Assembly (NCBI GenBank): GCA_043228905.1
Contig: JBHGNT010000025.1
Span: forward strand, 62,001 to 126,000
Direction of reading: 5' to 3'
Length of the DNA: 64,000 nt
DNA from: Azolla caroliniana
Taxonomy: Eukaryota > Plantae > Polypodiophyta
The translations under genes and the position numbers were made by a program. Below, piece after piece: positions 1 through 12,380 of this stretch. The notes beneath the pieces are model-generated. The model made no database searches. It saw only the letters and a list, made by a program, of their open reading frames with translations, and had not been told where the DNA came from. How positions within the stretch are numbered: position 1 is the first letter of the stretch; every line of letters begins with the position of its first letter.

Positions 1-178
1 CTTGAGGAGGGAGTTGAGAGGAGCCCTTGAGTACATTAACATGTTCATACCTGGCGCGTGTGATATCGGATTTTTGTGTTCAAACATGCGAATCGAAGCT
101 AACAACGCTAGCTATTATATGGAACTAAAAAATCAAGATTTTGAAACTCAGGTCGAGAGATATGAAGAAATTAGCAAT
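1..178 (+). repeat. Representative monomer (arbitrary phase)
   Basis: First full unit; it differs from my consensus only by A40C. It contains EcoRV (GATATC), NheI (GCTAGC) and two TaqI (TCGA) sites. Confidence 0.97.
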
Positions 179-1744
179 CTTGACGAGGGAGTTGAGAGGA
201 GCCCTTGAGTACATTAAAATGTTCATACCTGGCGCGTGTGATATCGGATTTTTCTGTTCAAACATGCGAATCGAAGCTAACAACGCTAGCTATAATATGG
301 AACTAAGAAATCAAGATTTTGAAACTCAGGTCGAGAAATATGAAGAAATTAGCAATCTTGAGGAGGGAGTTGAGAGGAGCCCTTGAGTACATTAAAATGT
401 TCATACCTGGCGCGTGTGATATCGGATTTTTGTGTTCAAACATGCGAATCGAAGCTAACAATGCTAGCTATTATATGGAACTAAAAAATCAAGATTTTGA
501 AACTCAGGTCGAGAGATATGAAGAAATTAGCAATCTTGAGGAGGGAGTTGAGAGGAGCCCTTGAGTACATTAACATGTTCATACCTGGCGCGTGTGATAT
601 CGGATTTTTGTGTTCAAACATGCGAATCGAAGCTATCAACACTAGCTATTCTATGGAACTAAAAAATCAAGATTTTGAAACTCAGGTCGAGAGATATGAA
701 GAAATTAGCAATCTTGAGGAGGGAGTTGAGAGGAGCCCTTGAGTAAATTAAAATGTTCATACCTGGCGCGTGTGATATCGGATTTTTCTGTTCAAACATG
801 CGAATCGAAGCTAACAACGCTAGCTATTATATGGAACTAAAAAATCAAGATTTTGAAACTCAGGTCGAGAGATATGAAGAAATTAGCAATCTTGACGAGG
901 GAGTTGAGAGGAGCCCTTGATTACATTAAAATGTTCATACCTGGCGCGTGTGATATCGGATTTTTGTGTTCAAACATGCGAATCGAAGCTAACAACGCTA
1001 GCTATTCTATGGAACTAAAAAATCAAAATTTTGAAACTCAGGTCGAGAAATATGAAGAAATTAGCAATCTTGAGGAGGGAGTTGAGAGGAGCCCTTGAGT
1101 ACATTAAAATGTTCATACCTGGCGCGTGTGATATCGGATTTTTGTGTTCAAACATGCGAATCGAAGCTATCAACACTAGCTATTCTATGGATCTAAAAAA
1201 TCAAGATTTTGAAACTCAGGTCGAGAGATATGAAGAAATTAGCAATCTTGACGAGGGAGTTGAGAGGAGCCCTTGAGTACATTAAAATGTTCATACCTGG
1301 CGCGTGTGATATCGGATTTTTCTGTTCAAACATGCGAATCGAAGCTAACAACGCTAGCTATTGTATGGAACTAAAAAATCAAGATTTTGAAACTCAGGTC
1401 GAGAAATATGAAGAAATTAGCAATCTTGAGGAGGAAGTTGAGAGGAGCCTTTGAGTACATTAAAATGTTCATACCTGGCGCGTGTGATATCGGATTTTTG
1501 TGTTCAAACATGCGAATCGAAGCTAACAATGCTAGCTATTATATGGAACTAAAAAATCAAGATTTTGAAACTCAGGTCGAGAGATATGAAGAAATTAGCA
1601 ATCTTGAGGAGGGAGTTGAGAGGAGCCCTTGAGTACATTAAAATGTTCATACCTGGCGCGTGTGATATCGGATTTTTGTGTTCAAACATGCGAATCGAAG
1701 CTATCAACACTAGCTATTCTATGGAACTAAAAAATCAAGATTTT

Positions 1745-4700
1745 GAAACTCAGGTCGAGAGATATGAAGAAATTAGCAATCTTGAAGAGGGAGTTGAGAG
1801 GAGCCCTTGAGTAAATTAAAATGTTCATACCTGGCTCGTGTGATATCGGATTTTTGTGTTCAAACATGCGAATCGAAGCTCACAACGCTAGCTATGATAT
1901 GGTATTAAAAAATCATGATTTTGAAATTGAGGTCGAGAGACATGAAGAAATTAGCAATCTTGAGGAGGGAGTTGAGAGGAGCCCTTGAGTACATTAAAAT
2001 GTTCATACCTGGCGCGTGTGATATCGGATTTTTGTGTTCAAACATGCGAATCGAAGCTAACAACGCTAGCTATGACATGGTTTTAAAAAATCAAGATTTT
2101 GAAACTCAGGTCGAGAGATATGAAGAAATTAGCAATCTTGAGGAGGGAGTTGAGAGGAGCCCTTGAGTACATTAAAATGTTCATACCTGGCGCGTGTGAT
2201 ATCGGATTTTTCTGTTCAAACATGCGAATCGAACCTAACAACGCTAGCTATGATATGGAACTAAAAAATCAAGATTTTGAAACTCAGGTCGAGAGATATG
2301 AAGAAATTAGCAATCTTGACGAGGGAGTTGAGAGGAGCCCTTGAGTACATTAAAATGTTCATACCTGGCGCGTGTGATATCGGATTTTTCTGTTCAAACA
2401 TGCGAATCGAAGCTAACAACGCTAGCTATAATATGGAACTAAAAAATCAAGATTTTGAAACTCAGGTCGAGAAATATGAAGAAATTAGCAATCTTGAGGA
2501 GGGAGTTGAGAGGAGCCCTTGAGTACATTAAAATGTTCATACCTGGCGCGTGTGATATCGGATTTTTGTGTTCAAACATGCGAATCGAAGCTAACAATGC
2601 TAGCTATTATATGGAACTAAAAAATCAAGATTTTGAAACTCAGGTCGAGAGATATGAAGAAATTAGCAATCTTGAGGAGGGAGTTGAGAGGAGCCCTTGA
2701 GTACATTAACATGTTCATACCTGGCGCGTGTGATATCGGATTTTTGTGTTCAAACATGCGAATCGAAGCTATCAACACTAGCTATTCTATGGAACTAAAA
2801 AATCAAGATTTTGAAACTCAGGTCGAGAGATATGAAGAAATTAGCAATCTTGAGGAGGGAGTTGAGAGGAGCCCTTGAGTACATTAAAATGTTCATACCT
2901 GGCGCGTGTGATATCGGATTTTTGTGTTCAAACATGCGAATCGAAGCTATCAACACTAGCTATTCTATGGAACTAAAAAATCAAGATTTTGAAACTCAGG
3001 TCGAGAGATATGAAGAAATTAGCAATCTTGAAGAGGGAGTTGAGAGGAGCCCTTGAGTAAATTAAAATGTTCATACCTGGCTCGTGTGATATCGGATTTT
3101 TGTGTTCAAACATGCGAATCGAAGCTAACAATGCTAGCTATTATATGGAACTAAAAAATCAAGATTTTGAAACTCAGGTCGAGAGATATGAAGAAATTAG
3201 CAATCTTGAGGAGGGAGTTGAGAGGAGCCCTTGAGTACATTAACATGTTCATACCTGGCGCGTGTGATATCGGATTTTTCTGTTCAAACATGCGAATCGA
3301 ACCTAACAACGCTAGCTATTATATGGAACTAAAAAATCAAGATTTTGAAACTCAGGTCGAGAGATATGAAGAAATTAGCAATCTTGACGAGGGAGTTGAG
3401 AGGAGCCCTTGAGTACATTAAAATGTTCATACCTGGCGCGTGTGATATCGGATTTTTCTGTTCAAACATGCGAATCGAAGCTAACAACGCTAGCTATAAT
3501 ATGGAACTAAAAAATCAAGATTTTGAAACTCAGGTCGAGAAATATGAAGAAATTAGCAATCTTGAGGAGGGAGTTGAGAGGAGCCCTTGAGTACATTAAA
3601 ATGTTCATACCTGGCGCGTGTGATATCGGATTTTTGTGTTCAAACATGCGAATCGAAGCTAACAATGCTAGCTATTATATGGAACTAAAAAATCAAGATT
3701 TTGAAACTCAGGTCGAGAGATATGAAGAAATTAGCAATCTTGAGGAGGGAGTTGAGAGGAGCCCTTGAGTACATTAACATGTTCATACCTGGCGCGTGTG
3801 ATATCGGATTTTTGTGTTCAAACATGCGAATCGAAGCTATCAACACTAGCTATTCTATGGAACTAAAAAATCAAGATTTTGAAACTCAGGTCGAGAGATA
3901 TGAAGAAATTAGCAATCTTGAGGAGGGAGTTGAGAGGAGCCCTTGAGTACATTAAAATGTTCATACCTGGCGCGTGTGATATCGGATTTTTGTGTTCAAA
4001 CATGCGAATCGAAGCTATCAACCCTAGCTATTCTATGGAACTAAAAAATCAAGATTTTGAAACTCAGGTCGAGAGATATGAAGAAATTAGCAATCTTGAA
4101 GAGGGAGTTGAGAGGAGCCCTTGAGTAAATTAAAATGTTCATACCTGGCTCGTGTGATATCGGATTTTTGTGTTCAAACATGCGAATCGAAGCTCACAAC
4201 GCTAGCTATGATATGGTATTAAAAAATCATGATTTTGAAATTGAGGTCGAGAGACATGAAGAAATTAGCAATCTTGAGGAGGGAGTTGAGAGGAGCCCTT
4301 GAGTACATTAAAATGTTCATACCTGGCGCGTGTGATATCGGATTTTTGTGTTCAAACATGCGAATCGAAGCTAACAACGCTAGCTATGACATGGTTTTAA
4401 AAAATCAAGATTTCGAAACTCAGGTCGAGAGATATGAAGAAATTAGCAATCTTGAAGAGGGAGTTGAGAGGAGCCCTTGAGTAAATTAAAATGTTCATAC
4501 CTGGCTCGTGTGATATCGGATTTTTGTGTTCAAACATGCGAATCGAAGCTCACAACGCTAGCTATGATATGGTATTAAAAAATCATGATTTTGAAATTGA
4601 GGTCGAGAGACATGAAGAAATTAGCAATCTTGAGGAGGGAGTTGAGAGGAGCCCTTGAGTACATTAAAATGTTCATACCTGGCGCGTGTGATATCGGATT

Positions 4701-6619
4701 TTTGTGTTCAAACATGCGAATCGAAGCTAACAACGCTAGCTATGACATGGTTTTAAAAAATCAAGATTTTGAAACTCAGGTCGAGAGATATGAAGAAATT
4801 AGCAATCTTGAGGAGGGAGTTGAGAGGAGCCCTTGAGTACATTAAAATGTTCATACCTGGCGCGTGTGATATCGGATTTTTCTGTTCAAACATGCGAATC
4901 GAACCTAACAACGCTAGCTATGATATGGAACTAAAAAATCAAGATTTTGAAACTCAGGTCGAGAGATATGAAGAAATTAGCAATCTTGACGAGGGAGTTG
5001 AGAGGAGCCCTTGAGTACATTAAAATGTTCATACCTGGCGCGTGTGATATCGGATTTTTCTGTTCAAACATGCGAATCGAAGCTAACAACGCTAGCTATA
5101 ATATGGAACTAAAAAATCAAGATTTTGAAACTCAGGTCGAGAAATATGAAGAAATTAGCAATCTTGAGGAGGGAGTTGAGAGGAGCCCTTGAGTACATTA
5201 AAATGTTCATACCTGGCGCGTGTGATATCGGATTTTTGTGTTCAAACATGCGAATCGAAGCTAACAATGCTAGCTATTATATGGAACTAAAAAATCAAGA
5301 TTTTGAAACTCAGGTCGAGAGATATGAAGAAATTAGCAATCTTGAGGAGGGAGTTGAGAGGAGCCCTTGAGTACATTAACATGTTCATACCTGGCGCGTG
5401 TGATATCGGATTTTTGTGTTCAAACATGCGAATCGAAGCTATCAACACTAGCTATTCTATGGAACTAAAAAATCAAGATTTTGAAACTCAGGTCGAGAGA
5501 TATGAAGAAATTAGCAATCTTGAGGAGGGAGTTGAGAGGAGCCCTTGAGTACATTAAAATGTTCATACCTGGCGCGTGTGATATCGGATTTTTGTGTTCA
5601 AACATGCGAATCGAAGCTATCAACACTAGCTATTCTATGGAACTAAAAAATCAAGATTTTGAAACTCAGGTCGAGAGATATGAAGAAATTAGCAATCTTG
5701 AAGAGGGAGTTGAGAGGAGCCCTTGAGTAAATTAAAATGTTCATACCTGGCTCGTGTGATATCGGATTTTTGTGTTCAAACATGCGAATCGAAGCTAACA
5801 ATGCTAGCTATTATATGGAACTAAAAAATCAAGATTTTGAAACTCAGGTCGAGAGATATGAAGAAATTAGCAATCTTGAGGAGGGAGTTGAGAGGAGCCC
5901 TTGAGTACATTAACATGTTCATACCTGGCGCGTGTGATATCGGATTTTTCTGTTCAAACATGCGAATCGAACCTAACAACGCTAGCTATTATATGGAACT
6001 AAAAAATCAAGATTTTGAAACTCAGGTCGAGAGATATGAAGAAATTAGCAATCTTGACGAGGGAGTTGAGAGGAGCCCTTGAGTACATTAAAATGTTCAT
6101 ACCTGGCGCGTGTGATATCGGATTTTTCTGTTCAAACATGCGAATCGAAGCTAACAACGCTAGCTATAATATGGAACTAAAAAATCAAGATTTTGAAACT
6201 CAGGTCGAGAAATATGAAGAAATTAGCAATCTTGAGGAGGGAGTTGAGAGGAGCCCTTGAGTACATTAAAATGTTCATACCTGGCGCGTGTGATATCGGA
6301 TTTTTGTGTTCAAACATGCGAATCGAAGCTAACAATGCTAGCTATTATATGGAACTAAAAAATCAAGATTTTGAAACTCAGGTCGAGAGATATGAAGAAA
6401 TTAGCAATCTTGAGGAGGGAGTTGAGAGGAGCCCTTGAGTACATTAACATGTTCATACCTGGCGCGTGTGATATCGGATTTTTGTGTTCAAACATGCGAA
6501 TCGAAGCTATCAACACTAGCTATTCTATGGAACTAAAAAATCAAGATTTTGAAACTCAGGTCGAGAGATATGAAGAAATTAGCAATCTTGAGGAGGGAGT
6601 TGAGAGGAGCCCTTGAGTA
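1745..6619 (+). repeat. Block duplication with 15-monomer offset (2670 bp): 1745-3949 = 4415-6619, with a nested 6-mer (1068 bp) period
   Basis: The same ordered variants recur at +2670 (CTTGAAGAGG at 1781/4451; ORF variants 1915/4585, 2099/4769, 3167/5837, 3701/6371). The nested +1068 period is seen at 2277/3345 and 2633/3701. Confidence 0.9.
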
Positions 6620-9499
6620 AATTAAAATGTTCATACCTGGCGCGTGTGATATCGGATTTTTCTGTTCAAACATGCGAATCGAAGCTAACAACGCTAGCTA
6701 TTATATGGAACTAAAAAATAAAGATTTTGAAACTCAGGTCGAGAGATATGAAGAAATTAGCAATCTTGACGAGGGAGTTGAGAGGAGCCCTTGAGTACAT
6801 TAAAATGTTCATACCTGGCGCGTGTGATATCGGATTTTTCTGTTCAAACATGCGAATCGAAGCTAACAACGCTAGCTATTCTATGGAACTAAAAAATCAA
6901 AATTTTGAAACTCAGGTCGAGAAATATGAAGAAATTAGCAATCTTGAGGAGGGAGTTGAGAGGAGCCCTTGAGTACATTAAAATGTTCATACCTGGCGCG
7001 TGTGATATCGGATTTTTGTGTTCAAACATGCGAATCGAAGCTATCAACACTAGCTATTCTATGGATCTAAAAAATCAAGATTTTGAAACTCAGGTCGAGA
7101 GATATGAAGAAATTAGCAATCTTGAGGAGGGAGTTGAGAGGAGCCCTTGAGTAAATTAAAATGTTCATACCTGGCTCGTGTGATATCGGATTTTTGTGTT
7201 CAAACATGCGAATCGAAGCTCACAACGCTAGCTATGATATGGTATTAAAAAATCATGATTTTGAAATTGAGGTCGAGAGACATGAAGAAATTAGCAATCT
7301 TGAGGAGGGAGTTGAGAGGAGCCCTTGAGTACATTAAAATGTTCATACCTGGCGCGTGTGATATCGGATTTTTGTGTTCAAACATGCGAATCGAAGCTAA
7401 CAACGCTAGCTATGACATGGTATTAAAAAATCAAGATTTTGAAACTCAGGTCGAGAGATATGAAGAAATTAGCAATCTTGAGGAGGGAGTTGAGAGGAGC
7501 CCTTGAGTACATTAAAATGTTCATACCTGGCGCGTGTGATATCGGATTTTTGTGTTCAAACATGCGAATCGAAGCTAACAATGCTAGCTATTATATGGAA
7601 CTAAAAAATCAAGATTTTGAAACTCAGGTCGAGAGATATGAAGAAATTAGCAATCTTGAGGAGGGAGTTGAGAGGAGCCCTTGAGTACATTAAAATGTTC
7701 ATACCTGGCGCGTGTGATATCGGATTTTTGTGTTCAAACATGCGAATCGAAGCTATCAACACTAGCTATTCTATGGAACTAAAAAATCAAGATTTTGAAA
7801 CTCAGGTCGAGAGATATGAAGAAATTAGCAATCTTGAGGAGGGAGTTGAGAGGAGCCCTTGAGTAAATTAAAATGTTCATACCTGGCTCGTGTGATATCG
7901 GATTTTTGTGTTCAAACATGCGAATCGAAGCTCACAACGCTAGCTATGATATGGTATTAAAAAATCATGATTTTGAAATTGAGGTCGAGAGACATGAAGA
8001 AATTAGCAATCTTGAGGAGGGAGTTGAGAGGAGCCCTTGAGTACATTAAAATGTTCATACCTGGCGCGTGTGATATCGGATTTTTGTGTTCAAACATGCG
8101 AATCGAAGCTAACAACGCTAGCTATGACATGGTATTAAAAAATCAAGATTTTGAAACTCAGGTCGAGAGATATGAAGAAATTAGCAATCTTGAGGAGGGA
8201 GTTGAGAGGAGCCCTTGAGTACATTAAAATGTTCATACCTGGCGCGTGTGCTATCGGATTTTTGTGTTCAAACATGCGAATCGAAGCTAACAACGCTAGC
8301 TATTATATGGAACTAAAAAATCAAGATTTTGAAACTCAGGTCGAGAGATATGAAGAAATTAGCAATCTTGACGAGGGAGTTGAGAGGAGCCCTTGAGTAC
8401 ATTAAAATGTTCATACCTGGCGCGTGTGATATCGGATTTTTCTGTTCAAACATGCGAATCGAAGCTAACAACGCTAGCTATTATATGGAACTAAAAAATC
8501 AAGATTTTGAAACTCAGGTCGAGAAATATGAAGAAATTAGCAATCTTGAGGAGGGAGTTGAGAGGAGCCCTTGAGTACATTAAAATGTTCATACCTGGCG
8601 CGTGTGATATCGGATTTTTGTGTTCAAACATGCGAATCGAAGCTCACAACGCTAGCTATGATATGGTATTAAAAAATCATGATTTTGAAATTGAGGTCGA
8701 GAGACATGAAGAAATTAGCAATCTTGAGGAGGGAGTTGAGAGGAGCCCTTGAGTACATTAAAATGTTCATACCTGGCACGTGTGATATCGGATTTTTGTG
8801 TTCAAACATGCGAATCGAAGCTAACAACGCTAGCTATGACATGGTTTTAAAAAATCAAGATTTTGAAACTCAGGTCGAGAGATATGAAGAAATTAGCAAT
8901 CTTGAGGAGGGAGTTGAGAGGAGCCCTTGAGTACATTAAAATGTTCATACCTGGCGCGTGTGATATCGGATTTTTCTGTTCAAACATGCGAATCGAACCT
9001 AACAACGCTAGCTATTATATGGAACTAAAAAATCAAGATTTTGAAACTCAGGTCGAGAGATATGAAGAAATTAGCAATCTTGAGGAGGGAGTTGAGAGGA
9101 GCCCTTGAGTACATTAAAATGTTCATACCTGGCGCGTGTGATATCGGATTTTTCTGTTCAAACATGCGAATCGAAGCTCACAACGCTAGCTATGATATGG
9201 TATTAAAAAATCAAGATTTTGAAATTGAGGTCGAGAGACATGAAGAAATTAGCAATCTTGAGGAGGGAGTTGAGAGGAGCCCTTGAGTACATTAAAATGT
9301 TCATACCTGGCGCGTGTGATATCGGATTTTTGTGTTCAAACATGCGAATCGAAGCTAACAACGCTAGCTATGACATGGTATTAAAAAATCAAGATTTTGA
9401 AACTCAGGTCGAGAGATATGAAGAAATTAGCAATCTTGAGGAGGGAGTTGAGAGGAGCCCTTGAGTACATTAAAATGTTCATACCTGGCGCGTGTGATA

Positions 9500-12380
9500 T
9501 CGGACTTTTCTGTTGAAACATGCGAATCGAACCTAACAACGCTAGCTATGATATGGAACTAAAAAATCAAGATTTTGAAACTCAGGTCGAGAGATATAAA
9601 GAAATTAGCAATCTTGAGGAGGGAGTTGACAGGAGCCCTTGAGTACATTAAAATGTTCATACCTGGCGCGTGTGATATCGGATTTTTGTGTTCAAACATG
9701 CGAATCGAAGCTATCAACGCTAGCTATTGTATGGAACTAAAAAATCAAGATTTTGAAACTCAGGTCGAGAAATATGAAGAAATTAGCAATCTTGAGGAGG
9801 GAGTTGAGAGGAGCCCTTGAGTACATTAAAATGTTCATACCTGGCGCGTGTGATATCGGATTTTTGTGTTCAAACATGCGAATCGAAGCTCACAACGCTA
9901 GCTATTCTATGGTATTAAAAAATCATGATTTTGAAATTCAGGTCGAGAGACATGAAGAAATTAGCAATCTTGAGGAGGGAGTTGAGAGGAGCCCTTGAGT
10001 ACATTAAAATGTTCATACCTGGCGCGTGTGATATCGGATTTTTGTGTTCAAACATGCGAATCGAAGCTAACAACGCTAGCTATTATATGGAACTAAAAAA
10101 TCAAGATTTTGAAACTCAGGTCGAGAGATATAAAGAAATTAGCAATCTTGAGGAGGGAGTTGACAGGAGCCCTTGAGTACATTAAAATGTTCATACCTGG
10201 CGCGTGTGATATCGGATTTTTGTGTTCAAACATGCGAATCGAAGCTAACAACGCTAGCTATGACATGGTTTTAAAAAATCAAGATTTTGAAACTCAGGTC
10301 GAGAGATATGAAGAAATTAGCAATCTTGAGGAGGGAGTTGAGAGGAGCCCTTGAGTACATTAAAATGTTCATACCTGGCGCGTGTGATATCGGATTTTTC
10401 TGTTCAAACATGCGAATCGAAGCTAACAACGCTAGCTATTATATGGAACTAAAAAATCAAGATTTTGAAACTCAGGTCGAGAAATATGAAGAAATTACCT
10501 AATTTGACGACTGAGTTGAGACGACCTAGTAGGTAAATTAAAATGTTCATACCTGGCTCGTGTGATATCGGATTTTTGTGTTCAAACATGCGAATCGAAC
10601 CTAACAACGCTAGCTATGATATGGAACTAAAAAATCAAGATTTTGAAACTCAGGTCGAGAGATATAAAGAAATTAGCAATCTTGAGGAGGGAGTTGACAG
10701 GAGCCCTTGAGTACATTAAAATGTTCATACCTGGCGCGTGTGATATCGGATTTTTGTGTTCAAACATGCGAATCGAAGCTATCAACGCTAGCTATTGTAT
10801 GGAACTAAAAAATCAAGATTTTGAAACTCAGGTCGAGAAATATGAAGAAATTAGCAATCTTGAGGAGGGAGTTGAGAGGAGCCCTTGAGTACATTAAAAT
10901 GTTCATACCTGGCGCGTGTGATATCGGATTTTTGTGTTCAAACATGCGAATCGAAGCTCACAACGCTAGCTATTCTATGGTATTAAAAAATCATGATTTT
11001 GAAATTGAGGTCGAGAGACATGAAGAAATTAGCAATCTTGAGGAGGGAGTTGAGAGGAGCCCTTGAGTACATTAAAATGTTCATACCTAGCGCGTGTGAT
11101 ATCGGATTTTTGTGTTCAAACATGCGAATCGAAGCTAACAATGCTAGCTATTATATGGAACTAAAAAATCAAGATTTTGAAACTCAGGTCGAGAGATATA
11201 AAGAAATTAGCAATCTTGAGGAGGGAGTTGACACGAGCCCTTGAGTACATTAAAATGTTCATACCTGGCGCGTGTGATATCGGACTTTTCTGTTCAAACA
11301 TGCGAATCGAACCTAACAACGCTAGCTATGATATGGAACTAAAAAATCAAGATTTTGAAACTCAGGTCGAGAGATATAAAGAAATTAGCAATCTTGAGGA
11401 GGGAGTTGACAGGAGCCCTTGAGTACATTAAAATGTTCATACCTGGCGCGTGTGATATCGGATTTTTGTGTTCAAACATGCGAATCGAAGCTATCAACGC
11501 TAGCTGTTGTATGGAACTAAAAAATCAAGATTTTGAAACTCAGGTCGAGAAATATGAAGAAATTAGCAATCTTGAGGAGGGAGTTGAGAGGAGCCCTTGA
11601 GTACATTAAAATGTTCATACCTGGCGCGTGTGATATCGGATTTTTCTGTTCAAACATGCGAATCGAAGCTCACAACGCTAGCTATTCTATGGTATTAAAA
11701 AATCATGATTTTGAAATTGAGGTCGAGAGACATGAAGAAATTAGCAATCTTGAGGAGGGAGTTGAGAGGAGCCCTTGAGTACATTAAAATGTTCATACCT
11801 GGCGCGTGTGATATCGGATTTTTGTGTTCAAACATGCGAATCGAAGCTAACAATGCTAGCTATTATATGGAACTAAAAAATCAAGATTTTGAAACTCAGG
11901 TCGAGAGATATAAAGAAATTAGCAATCTTGAGGAGGGAGTTGACAGGAGCCCTTGAGTACATTAAAATGTTCATACCTGGCGCGTGTGATATCGGATTTT
12001 TGTGTTCAAACATGCGAATCGAAGCTAACAACGCTAGCTATGACATGGTTTTAAAAAATCAAGATTTTGAAACTCAGGTCGAGAGATATGAAGAAATTAG
12101 CAATCTTGAGGAGGGAGTTGAGAGGAGCCCTTGAGTACATTAAAATGTTCATACCTGGCGCGTGTGATATCGGATTTTTCTGTTCAAACATGCGAATCGA
12201 AGCTAACAACGCTAGCTATTATATGGAACTAAAAAATCAAGATTTTGAAACTCAGGTCGAGAAATATGAAGAAATTACCTAATTTGACGACTGAGTTGAG
12301 ACGACCTAGTAGGTAAATTAAAATGTTCATACCTGGCTCGTGTGATATCGGATTTTTGTGTTCAAACATGCGAATCAAGC
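9500..12380 (+). repeat. Block duplication with 10-monomer offset (1780 bp), plus a partial 6-mer copy
   Basis: CGGACTTTTC at 9501/11281; divergent patch at 10495/12275; ORF variants 9575/10643/11355. Confidence 0.85.

Noticed and set aside
4-23. GAGGAGG Shine-Dalgarno-like or G-quadruplex-like tract
   Set aside because: There is no supported CDS downstream. The tract has only three short G-runs (GG, GGG, GG), too few for a canonical G4.
80-100. CENP-B box
   Set aside because: The minus-strand TTCG motifs are not followed by the required A..CGGG of NTTCGNNNNANNCGGGN.
1-178. Identity with Arabidopsis CEN178, alpha satellite, 5S rDNA or tRNA/snRNA tandem units
   Set aside because: Only the length resembles these. 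I see no recognisable sequence match, Pol III A/B/C boxes or cloverleaf, judged from memory without a database search.
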